Positions 20,840 through 31,734 of a stretch of DNA of 64,000 nucleotides are shown piece after piece. Position numbers and translations under genes: made by a program. The stretch spans positions 4,422-68,421 of the IMG/VR virus record IMGVR_UViG_3300037010_000760, one strand, 5' to 3'. The DNA comes from a virus. Each line of letters opens with the position of its first letter. The stretch's first letter is position 1. Under the pieces are notes generated by a model, which was given only the letters and a program-made list of their open reading frames with translations, was not told where the DNA came from and searched no databases.

Positions 20840-21136
20840 TTATCTATTAAATTTTGCCAAGATTCTTCCAGCATAGTGGAATATTTTCTCAGCCCCATAT
20901 TTAGCATTATGTCCGGGCTTGCCATTATCTTTACGGGCATTAGCACTACGCCAAATCTCTTTAAAGATGTTTGCCTCATCAGGATTCAACTCAAGAGCCT
21001 CAATCAAATCTTCACATTCAGCTTGATATGGTCTCTGCTGTTTACGTTGTGGGTGCTTTACTTGAGCAAGGTAGTAGTTAACTTTACCACCAGTCAATTC
21101 TTTTTGTTGGCTCAACATTTCAGTGACTGTAATCAT
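20840..21136 (-). CDS. DUF3310-like protein (N4 gp41 position)
   Basis: 'GGKVNYY...ECEDLIEAL...ANIFKEIWR...KIFHYA'. Start at 21136 or 21118. Confidence 0.65.
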   Translation of the reverse strand: MITVTEMLSQQKELTGGKVNYYLAQVKHPQRKQQRPYQAECEDLIEALELNPDEANIFKEIWRSANARKDNGKPGHNAKYGAEKIFHYAGRILAKFNR

Positions 21137-21479
21137 TTGCGGATCCAAAAAAATCATTATCAATGGGGGATTTCTCTTGTTGCTCATGGCCTTCAGGTGG
21201 TGCCTGAAATTCTTCTTGTGTCATCTCCCCTAAATAACATAGACTGGAGATAACAACATCACGTATTTCAAGCTCAGGATTCTCCATGCGATTGAAGAAC
21301 TGTAATTGCAGTGTTTGCTGTGCTCGTCCAATCAAAGCAACTGGAATATTTTTCTCTGTATGTGATACCACAGCGTTAAGTTCAATCACATTGACTGATT
21401 CCTGATTAGGTTCAGAGAATACAATTTTACCTGTAATCAAATGGTAATGCAGTTTTTGTGATGCTTCAGGGATTTTCAT
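21120..21479 (-). CDS. conserved hypothetical protein (N4 gp40-like)
   Basis: 'LCYLGEMTQEEF'; synteny after the polymerase. Confidence 0.7.
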   Translation of the reverse strand: MKIPEASQKLHYHLITGKIVFSEPNQESVNVIELNAVVSHTEKNIPVALIGRAQQTLQLQFFNRMENPELEIRDVVISSLCYLGEMTQEEFQAPPEGHEQQEKSPIDNDFFGSANDYSH

Positions 21480-21554
21480 GGTAGTTCCAATTTATGCAGT
21501 AACACTGCGTAGTTTAGGTTCATCTCTGAACCAAAGAAAGAAATAGTAGCTTTA

Positions 21555-24266
21555 TCATTTTGAAATGAATTTGCTAGCTAGATCAATAACTTCTTGTTCT
21601 GTAGCGTGATTAGGAATAGTCATCTCTTTACCCCAGTGTGGATAAAATATAGATAACTCACCCCCCAGCTTAACGTCAGGATTTACAATGTCTGGGTGAT
21701 CTTGCCACTGTACTGCCTTTACCAAATGCTCATTAGTATATAAAATGGCATCTATGTTATCTTTAATTAGATAATACTGTGCATCGTGGATGTGAGCCGA
21801 TGGCCGAATCCACGTACTATAGCTGCTTTTACGCACCTTGCCCATGAATTCAGAACTTGCTCTGGAATTGAGCAAACACCAACTTTGTCCAAGTGCATTG
21901 CCTGCTGTACGTCCCTCTGCCTCTGCCTCATAGGGTGTTTTGCTGGTTCCACGAATCACTTGATAAAGCAGTGGTGTACGTAAACGTAGCCCGAAGGCTG
22001 CTGTTATATATCCTAACTTACTTGCCTCATCAAGTTTATCCGAAACCCACTTATCACTTATAACGTATAGCTCATGGTATCTGGCTTCAACTAGCTTTGC
22101 TTTCTTCTCATCAAAACCACAGTTTTTAATAAGAGTAGCGTAAGTCCCTTGATAAGTTAAGGCAAAGGTAGGAGCTTTTGAGTCTTGTCTGTAGTGGGCA
22201 TATTTATGTCCTTTTTCCGAGATTGAGTTAATACTCGCTACAGAAGTAGAATCAATATCAGGCATACTATCACCAAAGTAGGCTACAGCCCTCAAAGAAT
22301 GACCATCATAACCATCGGTATATACCTTTAGTTTATTTGGGTCTTTAGTCGTTAGTGCCGATATACGATCTTCAAGGGATGCAAAATCCAAGCCACAGAA
22401 CAACCATCCGGGTGGGGCTATGAAACAACTTTTTACCAATTTACCTAGTGACAATTTACCTCCTGATACATATGGGAGAATTTCATTACCAAGTAAACTT
22501 AGTAAGTAATCACTAACTACCATCATCACATTAGCAGGTATGTTCTGTAAGTTGGGTCTACTACTACTTAATCTACCAGATAAAGTGCCTCCTAAGTTAA
22601 AATTACCAAATAAGTAATGCCAACCATCAGAGCCTAGACAAGCACCCTCTAATGCTGGTATGAACGCAGTCAATAGTTTATTTACTGATGCGTAGTCCAG
22701 CATAGCTAATAAGAACTCTTTAACTTTTGTCTCAGTGTTATGTTTAGACAGTGCCTCAAGTGTGTCTCTATCAACTGATGGTTGTTTAGCATCTGTTAGG
22801 CCAATCACAGGCAATCCCAGAATGTTAAATAACAATTCTTGTAGTTGTGTCCCGGAGTTAGGATTAAAAGTAATCTCCTTTTTTATAGCCTCAGAATCTT
22901 CTGCTGCTAAAAGCATTTCTTGAATTGTTACTCTTTTAATCTTCCATGTAGAATTTTTGAGTGTAGTAAATTTCTCCAACCTATGATACTCATATTCCTT
23001 AATGAGTAAGCTATTTTTTATGGTTTGTAGCGCTGTGTCCAAAACTACCGTCAATAGATTCTTTACCTTAGCTACTTGAGGCATGTAGATAGGCATACCT
23101 GTTAATTGCATTTGAATAATGTCAATAATAGCTGGTTTAAACAAGCTTTCGTACACTTCTAGTTGCCTATCAGCTACCATATTACTATAGTGTTTTTCAT
23201 GTACGTACCATGTAGCTAAGGCGTCTACCAAATTATATTTTAGTAGCTTTTCTAAAGGTATTTGACAAATATCTGTTATTTCATCTACAGCGTAATTACC
23301 AGCAAACTCTTGGGCTTGATCTTTCAAGCCAAGTTTATTACCTGCACATGAGTTAGTTGCCAAGTAGGTAATGAGTTTTGTGTCATCCCAGTTACGAAGC
23401 ATAATATCAATACCATCAAGTAATCCTTGCGTATCCAAAATATCATCCATAAACAATTGATAAATCAAATTGTATACATCGAAGGCGATATTATGATAAA
23501 TCGCTTTTTCCGTAAGCTGGATGAAAAATTCTTTAAGCAGTGTTCGTACCGGAGCATTGAATTTCTGCTCTCCAAATGGGGCTGCTGTGGCCCCTTGGAT
23601 AGGGCTATAGTCAACTGCGAAGGCTACGCCTGAGTGCTTGTCCCAAGCAAAAGAAATCGTTCCTAGACCTGCTGTAGGGTGCTTTAAATCGAACGATTCA
23701 ATGTCGATTGTGAGAGGCTTTTCCATCTCAAGCAACTCCCTCAAAGCATGCTCAATCTCCTCTAGACTATTTGGATACCATGCATATTTAATGATATTTG
23801 ATCCCGGTGGAGAATAACTACCCTGTATATCAGATAACATCGCATCAATGCCTTGGGTAATCTTATTCTTTATTTTTATTGGATCATAAAAAATAGCTTT
23901 ATATGATGGTACATACACAACCCTATATCCTGGATAAATACAGTCATGTACATAACCAATATTGTTATCTACCTTTTTTATTTTAGCTAATATTTTAAAG
24001 TAATCTCCATCAGTCACTAGTATATACTTAACTCCCCAGTCAGTAAGTACAGGCAGTAACTCTTCCTCAATATACTGCTTCATCTCAGTAGTAGGTGTTT
24101 TTTTCTTTACCTGACTATAGTGAAGATCAAGTACCATTACAGATGCTTCATCTAGTCCAGTATTTTTGATGTATGCATCATGTATCTCTTTAACTTGTAT
24201 ACTAGATACGAGTATTGCTATAGGATATGATTCTTTTTCCTCTTTGGAATAGACGTGGTATCTCAT
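21555..24266 (-). CDS. family A DNA polymerase
   Basis: Exonuclease 'TIDIESF', 'GRLSSSRPNLQNIP', motif A 'DFASLEDR', B 'RQDSKAPTFALTYQG', C 'IHDAQY'. Confidence 0.96.
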   Translation of the reverse strand: MRYHVYSKEEKESYPIAILVSSIQVKEIHDAYIKNTGLDEASVMVLDLHYSQVKKKTPTTEMKQYIEEELLPVLTDWGVKYILVTDGDYFKILAKIKKVDNNIGYVHDCIYPGYRVVYVPSYKAIFYDPIKIKNKITQGIDAMLSDIQGSYSPPGSNIIKYAWYPNSLEEIEHALRELLEMEKPLTIDIESFDLKHPTAGLGTISFAWDKHSGVAFAVDYSPIQGATAAPFGEQKFNAPVRTLLKEFFIQLTEKAIYHNIAFDVYNLIYQLFMDDILDTQGLLDGIDIMLRNWDDTKLITYLATNSCAGNKLGLKDQAQEFAGNYAVDEITDICQIPLEKLLKYNLVDALATWYVHEKHYSNMVADRQLEVYESLFKPAIIDIIQMQLTGMPIYMPQVAKVKNLLTVVLDTALQTIKNSLLIKEYEYHRLEKFTTLKNSTWKIKRVTIQEMLLAAEDSEAIKKEITFNPNSGTQLQELLFNILGLPVIGLTDAKQPSVDRDTLEALSKHNTETKVKEFLLAMLDYASVNKLLTAFIPALEGACLGSDGWHYLFGNFNLGGTLSGRLSSSRPNLQNIPANVMMVVSDYLLSLLGNEILPYVSGGKLSLGKLVKSCFIAPPGWLFCGLDFASLEDRISALTTKDPNKLKVYTDGYDGHSLRAVAYFGDSMPDIDSTSVASINSISEKGHKYAHYRQDSKAPTFALTYQGTYATLIKNCGFDEKKAKLVEARYHELYVISDKWVSDKLDEASKLGYITAAFGLRLRTPLLYQVIRGTSKTPYEAEAEGRTAGNALGQSWCLLNSRASSEFMGKVRKSSYSTWIRPSAHIHDAQYYLIKDNIDAILYTNEHLVKAVQWQDHPDIVNPDVKLGGELSIFYPHWGKEMTIPNHATEQEVIDLASKFISK

Positions 24267-24273
24267 TTATGCC

Positions 24274-24774
24274 TTAATACAATAAAGCACCTACTGCATA
24301 TACGTGTATTTTTTCTAACGTCTTAGCAGTTTGGCGAATTACCCTCTCATTATGAAGACTGATGTATTCACGTTGTCGAGAAAGTAATTTAAGTTGTGGA
24401 ACCAATAAAACAATAAAGTCAGGTAATAAATCCCGACAATCCTGTAAGCTGGGTGATTCTTTGTTTACTTTTTTCAGTAGTATGAATAGTGTTTGTCTTA
24501 TCTGCCGATAATCCAAATCTATCAATCTCCTATCACTAATAAAGCTATTCATTTCTCCAGTTAACTCATGTGCTAGTCCATCTCGTTGGCTCCGTACAAT
24601 AGATGCTACATTATGAGTCGATAGACAGTAGAATGTGCCAGCAAATAGGAAACCTATTGAATTTTTATTAACTATCTCTGAGTGCATCCTGATTAAATTA
24701 TCCAATGATGCTGATAGTCTTCTTCGTTCTGGTTTAAATAATTTATCCAATAACTGCTCAATGATTTCATCCAT
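24274..24774 (-). CDS. hypothetical protein (N4 gp38-like)
   Basis: Lies between helicase and polymerase; 'LQDCRDLLPD'. Confidence 0.7.
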   Translation of the reverse strand: MDEIIEQLLDKLFKPERRRLSASLDNLIRMHSEIVNKNSIGFLFAGTFYCLSTHNVASIVRSQRDGLAHELTGEMNSFISDRRLIDLDYRQIRQTLFILLKKVNKESPSLQDCRDLLPDFIVLLVPQLKLLSRQREYISLHNERVIRQTAKTLEKIHVYAVGALLY

Positions 24775-24778
24775 AGTA

Positions 24779-26077
24779 TCACCTTACTACCCCACCATAC
24801 TTATTTGCTAAGTCACCAAATAATACTACTCTGTTTCTTGCTCGTGAAAAGGCAACATACAATAGTCGTGCTACAACATTTGGTTGATTACTCGTACTCA
24901 GATTTTTCAAATCAATGAATACCGTGTCATAGCTACTACCTTGAGACTTATGTACCGTAGATGCGTCTCGTTGACGTAAATCTGGGTAATTATTTTTTAA
25001 ATTAAAATACATATTCCAATTCTTAAGTCTTTGAGAGTAACGAATTAAGTCTGCGTAGTGCTTTTGATCAATAGGAACATCAATATCACGTACTATTCTA
25101 GTTCGTGTTTTTAAATCTGTTTTCAAAATATCTAGATACTCACTATCTGAAATTTTTACCTTAGTGGGTTTGTAGTCTTGTTGGATTATCTCTACTTCCT
25201 CATCCACAGATAGCATTGACTTACCTACATGTATTGCTGAATTATTTACCAATAGCTCCCCTACAGTGAATTCTTCAGGTAAATTACGAATATCTCGAAT
25301 ATGCCTATTGAACTCTAGTACCCGTGAATTAGAGTATGCCAAAATTCGTGATGTAGTAGTCTGTTTGCTGAAGTGGGTATAGACTTCATTTTCAGCTTCC
25401 TCACCAGAAAGCCAATCAATTACCCCCGGAACTTCCTGAATTGGCTTGAATACACCCGTCTCCACAGTGTCGCGAAGCTGTTGACATACGTGCATCAGGG
25501 TAGGTTGGCCAGCATTGCGTACAGATTCTGTAAGGGCAAAGAAAGGCAGATTATCCCGATAAATTGGAGATATTGGCTCCATGACTGGAGCAAGCTGACA
25601 GTGATCCCCTACATAAATAATCTTACAGTTGTGGGTGCCTTCCAGAATAATATTTCTCAATTCTGTATCAATCATCGAACATTCATCAATAAATATAATT
25701 TTGTTTTGATGCACAGTCCATGCTGCTGTTTTAATCAAAGATGATTTACCAGTAGTAAAATTATCTTTAACTTTAAGAGCTAAGAAAGAATGAATAGTGT
25801 CGACTTTATGTTGTGTAGATTCTGTTAGAACATATGCTGCCTTATTGGTTGTGGCCGCCATGACTACGCCATCATATTCAGGCGCAATACCTATCAACTC
25901 ACACATCTTGAAATACTTTGGCATGATCTCATCAATCATGTGGCCCATCATGTAAGTTTTACCCACACCACCTGGGCCACTGATGATTAATTCTTTACCC
26001 TTATTAGAGAGCAGGAAGTTAAAAAAACCATCAGCAGCAGTTTGTTGTCCTGCATTTAATACAGTTTTATTTGTCAT
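24779..26077 (-). CDS. SF1B Dda/RecD-like DNA helicase
   Basis: 'GPGGVGKT', 'IDECSM', 'GDHCQLAPV', 'TVHKSQGSSYD', 'YVAFSRAR'. Confidence 0.93.
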   Translation of the reverse strand: MTNKTVLNAGQQTAADGFFNFLLSNKGKELIISGPGGVGKTYMMGHMIDEIMPKYFKMCELIGIAPEYDGVVMAATTNKAAYVLTESTQHKVDTIHSFLALKVKDNFTTGKSSLIKTAAWTVHQNKIIFIDECSMIDTELRNIILEGTHNCKIIYVGDHCQLAPVMEPISPIYRDNLPFFALTESVRNAGQPTLMHVCQQLRDTVETGVFKPIQEVPGVIDWLSGEEAENEVYTHFSKQTTTSRILAYSNSRVLEFNRHIRDIRNLPEEFTVGELLVNNSAIHVGKSMLSVDEEVEIIQQDYKPTKVKISDSEYLDILKTDLKTRTRIVRDIDVPIDQKHYADLIRYSQRLKNWNMYFNLKNNYPDLRQRDASTVHKSQGSSYDTVFIDLKNLSTSNQPNVVARLLYVAFSRARNRVVLFGDLANKYGGVVR

Positions 26078-26092
26078 ATAGGTTTATAAAAA

Positions 26093-26118
26093 ATACTCCC
26101 CATTTGCTTGGGGAGTGT
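26093..26118 (-). terminator. intrinsic terminator after rIIB
   Basis: ATACTCCCCA-N6-TGGGGAGTGT hairpin with adjacent A-run (U-tract on the - strand). Confidence 0.7.
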
Positions 26119-26136
26119 TAATAATCGGACTAAATA

Positions 26137-27753
26137 TTAGTTAGCCCAGTTCTTGAGTTCACTCACTTGTTTCTCAGTGATTCCAAGAGAAGCCCAAGAT
26201 ACTTTTGCCCTTGCTTTATACTCCAGCAACTCAGAAGCCAACAAGGTACGCTCACGTCCTTTAGCCTGTTTAGATTTGGTGTAGAGAGCTTTAGCCTTCT
26301 CAGCACGAGTAAGTGTCTTTGCTTTTTCTTTTGGTTCAGATTTAGCTTTAATAATTACTGGTGTTTTCACAGTAACTACAGCTTTTTCTTCTATAGCTGT
26401 AGCAGTATTTTCTGTCACTATTTTTGCAAGTGCCTTTGGATTAATTAAAGTAGCTGGCCCAACAAGAATCTTGTCAACTGTTTGAACAACAGGATCAACT
26501 GAAGTAGTGAGGTTATTAGCCACAGAGTCAGCTACCTCTGTTTTTGTCATCAATGGTGTAATCACAATGCCTGTTCCTTTTTGCCCAGTAATGAGAACAT
26601 TTTCTATCTTTCCAATATGATCCCCAGAAATTGCTTTACCAAGAATACGTTTTGCATCTTCCCCCTCTGTGAAAGACTTTCCTGACTTAGCAAGCTTAAA
26701 TGCCTCATCGCTAAGTTGAAAAATAATATGGTAACCGCAAACACGCATCTTGTTTGGGGTTCCCAAAGGAACCGCAATCACATCTTCTGGATTGACCTTT
26801 GCGATAACACAAGAATTTCCACTAAAGGAGGATAAATAGCTTCTTCTTGCTACATGCAATCCGCTGGAGCACTCTATACGACGATCATGATCAATTAGTG
26901 ACTTATCCATACAGACATAGCTACCAACCTTTTGTGGAACTTTTCCTGTGTAGCAATCAACAAAATGATTACCTGATTTATTCAGGATTTTGTAGATAAT
27001 AATAGAACCATCATCTGCAATAGGTAAGTCACCTTTCTCCATAAATCTCATCAAGTCTTCAACTGAGTGACGATACTTGCTAGAAACAGCAGATACTCGT
27101 TCCAAAAACTTGTCTATGCCTGCATAGTTTTTCAATTCACTAGCAGCTTGAATCTGTGATTTAATCATTTCTACATTATCAATAACCATATTATTGACTA
27201 CAGCAATAATAGTTTCATCTTGTGATAGAGGATTATTGAATTCTGGTGAACTAGTTGGTATGGCATGCTGCACTATTTCTTCTACAACAGACAATACTTT
27301 TTTAGCAGCAATCTCAGATTCCTTGTCCACAATTTTGGCAATCATCTCATTCACCCACTTGGAATCTTCAACTGCCATGGTAGTTTCTTTTTCTGGTTCA
27401 AGTGGTTTATCTAATACCTTTACAGATACTGTTACTGGAGGAACTACTTCAACTTGAGTTTGTTTTTCTTCACCAGACTTAAAGAAAGCATTCAAATGCT
27501 TTTTGGCTACTTTAAAGAATTTAACGATACCACTAGAATTTTCTTCGTGATGTTTAAAAGTATTAACTCGCTTTTCAACGTAATTATTTAAGTCAATTTC
27601 AGCAATCTTGTTAGCTGAAAGAATTGGAATAATATCTTTGATTATTCTAGAAAGCATAGGATCACCTTGCTTAATTTTATGAGTAGTACCGTCTACACAG
27701 TACAAAATCATTTCAGAAGTATCTACTACAGCAGCGTTAATTTGGATTTTCAT
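26137..27753 (-). CDS. rIIB: rIIB-like protein
   Basis: 'FMEKGDLPIADDGSIIIYK', 'CSSGLHVA', 'VNPEDVIAVP...KMRVCGY'. Confidence 0.9.
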   Translation of the reverse strand: MKIQINAAVVDTSEMILYCVDGTTHKIKQGDPMLSRIIKDIIPILSANKIAEIDLNNYVEKRVNTFKHHEENSSGIVKFFKVAKKHLNAFFKSGEEKQTQVEVVPPVTVSVKVLDKPLEPEKETTMAVEDSKWVNEMIAKIVDKESEIAAKKVLSVVEEIVQHAIPTSSPEFNNPLSQDETIIAVVNNMVIDNVEMIKSQIQAASELKNYAGIDKFLERVSAVSSKYRHSVEDLMRFMEKGDLPIADDGSIIIYKILNKSGNHFVDCYTGKVPQKVGSYVCMDKSLIDHDRRIECSSGLHVARRSYLSSFSGNSCVIAKVNPEDVIAVPLGTPNKMRVCGYHIIFQLSDEAFKLAKSGKSFTEGEDAKRILGKAISGDHIGKIENVLITGQKGTGIVITPLMTKTEVADSVANNLTTSVDPVVQTVDKILVGPATLINPKALAKIVTENTATAIEEKAVVTVKTPVIIKAKSEPKEKAKTLTRAEKAKALYTKSKQAKGRERTLLASELLEYKARAKVSWASLGITEKQVSELKNWAN

Positions 27754-27762
27754 GATTCTTGT

Positions 27763-30150
27763 TTAGTTAAAAGTTTTGAGTAAAAGATCAATCAAAGATT
27801 TTGATTTACTACTTTGAGATCCTAATTTATTACTTAGCTCATGGATATCTACTATCTCTAGCCATGCAGTTTTACTAATTACATTTGCCACAAGTAATAT
27901 TGCAGAACTTGGTTTAATGGCACTAATTATGTCGTTGACTTCGTTAATACCATTGTAGCTGGCCAATAGTTGCCCATTGGTTCTGATTTGATAGAATAGT
28001 TTAATTAATCCATTTTCTTTCTCGCTAAGGTTTGTGTATAAGTTTAGTGGCTTAGACAACTCAGAAAAACGTAATAACACATGTATAATTTCTAATGATG
28101 TATTGTTAAGTGTAGTCAGATTATTGACTATGCTATAGCTGTTAGCTAAAAAACGACGTATTGCTTTATTGTAAGTAAACTCTTTTTTAATTTCTGCTAA
28201 CAAAAAGTCTGTTACAAAAGGCACTCCAAGTTTTTTGTACTTTTCTTCTTGTACAGTAGTCCGGCATACACCAGCCACATCTCCATATAGTCTTACTATG
28301 ATTTCGGTTTCTGCCGCACTGAACTGCCCAAAACGCAATATATTACTTTTGTTAATATGGACAATGAATTTAGGCTTACTGATCCGCTTAAGTCCATCAC
28401 TATCTTTCCATAGTGGGGATAGATCACAACTTCCCCCGAATTTCACTGCTGCATTGGATAAGGTAGGTAGCCCTTCTCGCTTCTTTTGTAAAGTGACTTT
28501 TTTAGTAGATTCCCAATCATATTTTATAGTCATATCCACAAATTTGGTGTCTCTTCGACTACGCAACATGTCACGGATTGCTGCCAACTTTTTATTTTTA
28601 CGGCTAACATAAACAATAATGCAGTTTTTTATGTTTACATGCGGCGCTATAGTAATAAGACGATTTTCATCAAATTTTCTGATTGTTGTGAGTATTACTA
28701 CATTTTTCACAAATAATATGCAGTCTTGTATTGGTACTTCACCCAATTGGTTAATTGAGTATGTACCGTACTTGCTGCTATAGCATTTATCTTTAGTGTA
28801 TCGTACCAAAACATCATCTTGATCGACGCTAGTATCTATCGCATATAGGTCTGCAAGCAATGTACCATAAACTCTTTTAATAAACCATTTTGAAGTAGCT
28901 TCAATTAGTTTGCAATTTTTGGCTTCTTGTAGTAAAGACTGAAGTAGACCATTTTTACTTGATCTATCCTTAATCATATGTTCAATAACCCGAATCAAAA
29001 GTGTCTTTCTATAGGCAGTAGACATAGGCTCACCATATGATACTATATAGTTAGCCATTTGCTGCACAGAATGTATAACAGAGTTTATATCACTTCTTAT
29101 CAACTTAGGTAGGTTTCTAAAAGAAACTTCTTTCTTGTAGTCTAGCATTGCTACTTGCTGATTAAGTGCTCTGACATAGCAGCCCTCTATGTTTCTATCC
29201 ACATGTGTTGTGAATTTTTGCAGAAGTTCTTTTACTGTTTTTACAGTATGCTCCTGCATAGATAAGGACTCCCTGCTTGGCGTAACAGAGATAGTATGAG
29301 CAGGAGCATGCAGTATCAGAACAAATTCCTCTAATATGGTATTACCTAATTTCTGCAATTTTTTTACTATACTCTCTGCATGCACTTGCTCTGCTGTATA
29401 CTCGTTATTGTATGGAAGTGGGTAAATAATATGCCCATATTTTATGTAAACAGTATCATATTTTGCTGCATCGCTCACCAACCAACGAGTAGCCAGAGTA
29501 AATTCATTTATTCCTTTTGAAAATGGAATAACACCCGCTAAAATGTCATTCACTCTAGCCTTAATTTCACCACAACGGACTATCCTTAGTACATCTACAT
29601 AAAACTCAGATACATCACAATACTCAATCGACACCTTCACAGTTAGTCCTGTTTCGTCTGATGGTATACTAACTACTGGAGTAATACCAGGCTTCCCACC
29701 TACTTGAGCAGAGGATTTGCTAATCTGGTAAATAGTTTTAACGCCACTATTGCATGATATGACCTCAAAATGATCTGTATAAGCAAATGGAGACTTGCAA
29801 CCTAGTCCAAATCCTCCAGTTACCTCTCCATTGTCTTTTTTATTTGAATTTCCGTATACACCGTAAATTTCACCAATCTTATCCTTGGGGATACCATGTC
29901 CAAAATCTTGAACCATGAATCCATCCTTGTTTACAGTAATTTCTATAGGTATATGGGAGATACCAGCTTCAATGTGAGCATCCCATGCGTTACAGATCAC
30001 TTCACGAACAACGGCTAAAATCTGATTCGTATACAGGGATGTTGAGAGAATATTAAAAAACTCTGCTGAATTAGAGATACCAAAATCTATTGTCTGGCTA
30101 CCTCCAATAATAGCATGGGTAATGTGATCTTTTTCGTGAGTGACTTGCAT
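27763..30150 (-). CDS. rIIA: rIIA-like protein (GHKL ATPase N-domain)
   Basis: 'LYTNQILAVVREVICNAWDAH', 'DFGHGI', 'GGFGLGCKSPFAYTD'. Confidence 0.9.
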   Translation of the reverse strand: MQVTHEKDHITHAIIGGSQTIDFGISNSAEFFNILSTSLYTNQILAVVREVICNAWDAHIEAGISHIPIEITVNKDGFMVQDFGHGIPKDKIGEIYGVYGNSNKKDNGEVTGGFGLGCKSPFAYTDHFEVISCNSGVKTIYQISKSSAQVGGKPGITPVVSIPSDETGLTVKVSIEYCDVSEFYVDVLRIVRCGEIKARVNDILAGVIPFSKGINEFTLATRWLVSDAAKYDTVYIKYGHIIYPLPYNNEYTAEQVHAESIVKKLQKLGNTILEEFVLILHAPAHTISVTPSRESLSMQEHTVKTVKELLQKFTTHVDRNIEGCYVRALNQQVAMLDYKKEVSFRNLPKLIRSDINSVIHSVQQMANYIVSYGEPMSTAYRKTLLIRVIEHMIKDRSSKNGLLQSLLQEAKNCKLIEATSKWFIKRVYGTLLADLYAIDTSVDQDDVLVRYTKDKCYSSKYGTYSINQLGEVPIQDCILFVKNVVILTTIRKFDENRLITIAPHVNIKNCIIVYVSRKNKKLAAIRDMLRSRRDTKFVDMTIKYDWESTKKVTLQKKREGLPTLSNAAVKFGGSCDLSPLWKDSDGLKRISKPKFIVHINKSNILRFGQFSAAETEIIVRLYGDVAGVCRTTVQEEKYKKLGVPFVTDFLLAEIKKEFTYNKAIRRFLANSYSIVNNLTTLNNTSLEIIHVLLRFSELSKPLNLYTNLSEKENGLIKLFYQIRTNGQLLASYNGINEVNDIISAIKPSSAILLVANVISKTAWLEIVDIHELSNKLGSQSSKSKSLIDLLLKTFN

Positions 30151-30176
30151 GTTAATTTCCTTAATATCAAATTAAA

Positions 30177-30206
30177 AAGCCCCACTACATTTAAGTAGTG
30201 AGGCTT
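30177..30206 (-). terminator. intrinsic terminator after thyX
   Basis: AAGCCCCACTAC-N6-GTAGTGAGGCTT hairpin plus A-run. Confidence 0.7.
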
Positions 30207-30230
30207 ATACCCACGAAAAGCGATAACGCA

Positions 30231-31061
30231 TTAAGTAGTCAAGTGTTTCCAAGAAACTGGAAACAGCGGTTCTATGATCGAAGCAATAATCTTGCCAAGC
30301 TCTTGTGCAGGTAATTTAGCACGGCTATCAGAATATTGATTGCATACTCGTGCCCAAAATTCTAGTGAACCTGTCCAAACGACAGTTGTCATTATATTCA
30401 ATGGCAGCGTGATACGAGCCTCTTCGTTAACAACACCAATTGATAGGCTATCTCTATAGGAATTAATGCAGTTATACACTGCATTTTCTGCATTCCAAGC
30501 TGCTTCTGATTGTTTTCTGATTGACCCGTCAGAATCTTGTTTAATATCTTTAGACTGTGCATGCCAAGTATCTGGATACCATACTTCAGGGTCATCTGAA
30601 ATGTATCTACGAGATTCCTCAGACCATACACCACCTACTTGATGTTTAACAAATTGCCGAGCCAAAAAGATAGGGAGGGTCATGCGAATCTGTACATGGG
30701 GATGAGCAAATGGTGTCCAGTGCTGGGCCTTGTGCTTGTATTTATGTAGCATGTCGGTTAGCATAATTCTTCCTGTAGCTGTATCTACTGACTGTCCCAT
30801 TGAAATAACGGTGTTGATGATTTTATTTAAAAAATCATCCCATTCATGATCACGGAATCCTGTTGCAAGAAAGCGAATAAAGTTAGCATCTAGTGGTTTT
30901 AGTTCTTCAACCATTAATCCAGCACCATTTTCAAATTCTGCTTCAGTAGTGTAACGAGTATCCCACTCACTTTCTTTACTGGAGCTGACACGAGCCGCAT
31001 TTACTACAGTTAGGTCTGATCCCATGTGGTCTAAATATTCTGCTGAGATTTTTGCTGACAT
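30231..31061 (-). CDS. thyX: flavin-dependent thymidylate synthase
   Basis: 'MGSDLTVVNAARVS', 'HWTPFAH', 'RQFVKHQVG..WSEESRRY', 'EEARITLP'. Confidence 0.9.
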   Translation of the reverse strand: MSAKISAEYLDHMGSDLTVVNAARVSSSKESEWDTRYTTEAEFENGAGLMVEELKPLDANFIRFLATGFRDHEWDDFLNKIINTVISMGQSVDTATGRIMLTDMLHKYKHKAQHWTPFAHPHVQIRMTLPIFLARQFVKHQVGGVWSEESRRYISDDPEVWYPDTWHAQSKDIKQDSDGSIRKQSEAAWNAENAVYNCINSYRDSLSIGVVNEEARITLPLNIMTTVVWTGSLEFWARVCNQYSDSRAKLPAQELGKIIASIIEPLFPVSWKHLTT

Positions 31062-31201
31062 TTCTTTTCTCGGTTTGATTGTTTATACGGATTATGATCT
31101 TTACAGAACACAAGTCCGTCTTTTATAGAAGCGCCTTTTCTATTTGTAAAGACGATCCTACATCTTATACACATAAGCATAGCGTAGCTAGTTCCGGCCA
31201 T
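31031..31201 (-). CDS. small zinc-finger-like protein, 56 aa (not in ORF track)
   Basis: MAGTSYAMLMCIRCRIVFTNRKGASIKDGLVFCKDHNPYK...; CxxC-x18-CxxH; start overlaps the dcd stop. Confidence 0.55.
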   Translation of the reverse strand: MAGTSYAMLMCIRCRIVFTNRKGASIKDGLVFCKDHNPYKQSNREKKCQQKSQQNI

Positions 31202-31734
31202 TATTTGCTATCTATTGCGTATATTGGTTTATTTTCTTGATTCTGATACTTTCCTGTGTAGCGAGCCGGTTCACTTAATTCATGGAAAACTACCTGAGCT
31301 ATTCCAGAACCCGCTTCAATAATTAAGTCATCTTCCCCCTTGTAAACAAGCTCTAGAGTTAGAAATCCTTTCCATCCAGGCTCAATGACAGTATTGAATA
31401 CAGACAAACTTTTACGCGCCCATGTAGATTTATCATGCACAATGCCCATTAAGTTATTAGGTATATCAAACTCCTCAATGGTAGAAGCTAGTATAAATCT
31501 ACCAGCATTTATTTTATTTAATTGTTTATCTCCCTCTAGCCATGTAATTGCAGCAGTACGCCGAGTATTGTATCCTAGACCTCGTTTTTTAAAAATAACA
31601 GTCTGTTTAACACGAATGTCGTATCCTGCCTCACCCAAACCATAAGAAACACCATTCAGTGTTTTTTTAGTTGGTTCCATGTTTTTGATTGGTGCTAAAG
31701 CAAGTAAATTTCTACCATTGATAACCATAATCAC
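31201..31734 (-). CDS. dcd: dCTP deaminase / dUTPase family
   Basis: 'GLGEAGYDIR', 'DKSTWAR', 'IEPGWKGFLTLEL', 'GIAQVVF', 'YTGKYQNQ'. Confidence 0.9.
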   Translation of the reverse strand: MIMVINGRNLLALAPIKNMEPTKKTLNGVSYGLGEAGYDIRVKQTVIFKKRGLGYNTRRTAAITWLEGDKQLNKINAGRFILASTIEEFDIPNNLMGIVHDKSTWARKSLSVFNTVIEPGWKGFLTLELVYKGEDDLIIEAGSGIAQVVFHELSEPARYTGKYQNQENKPIYAIDSK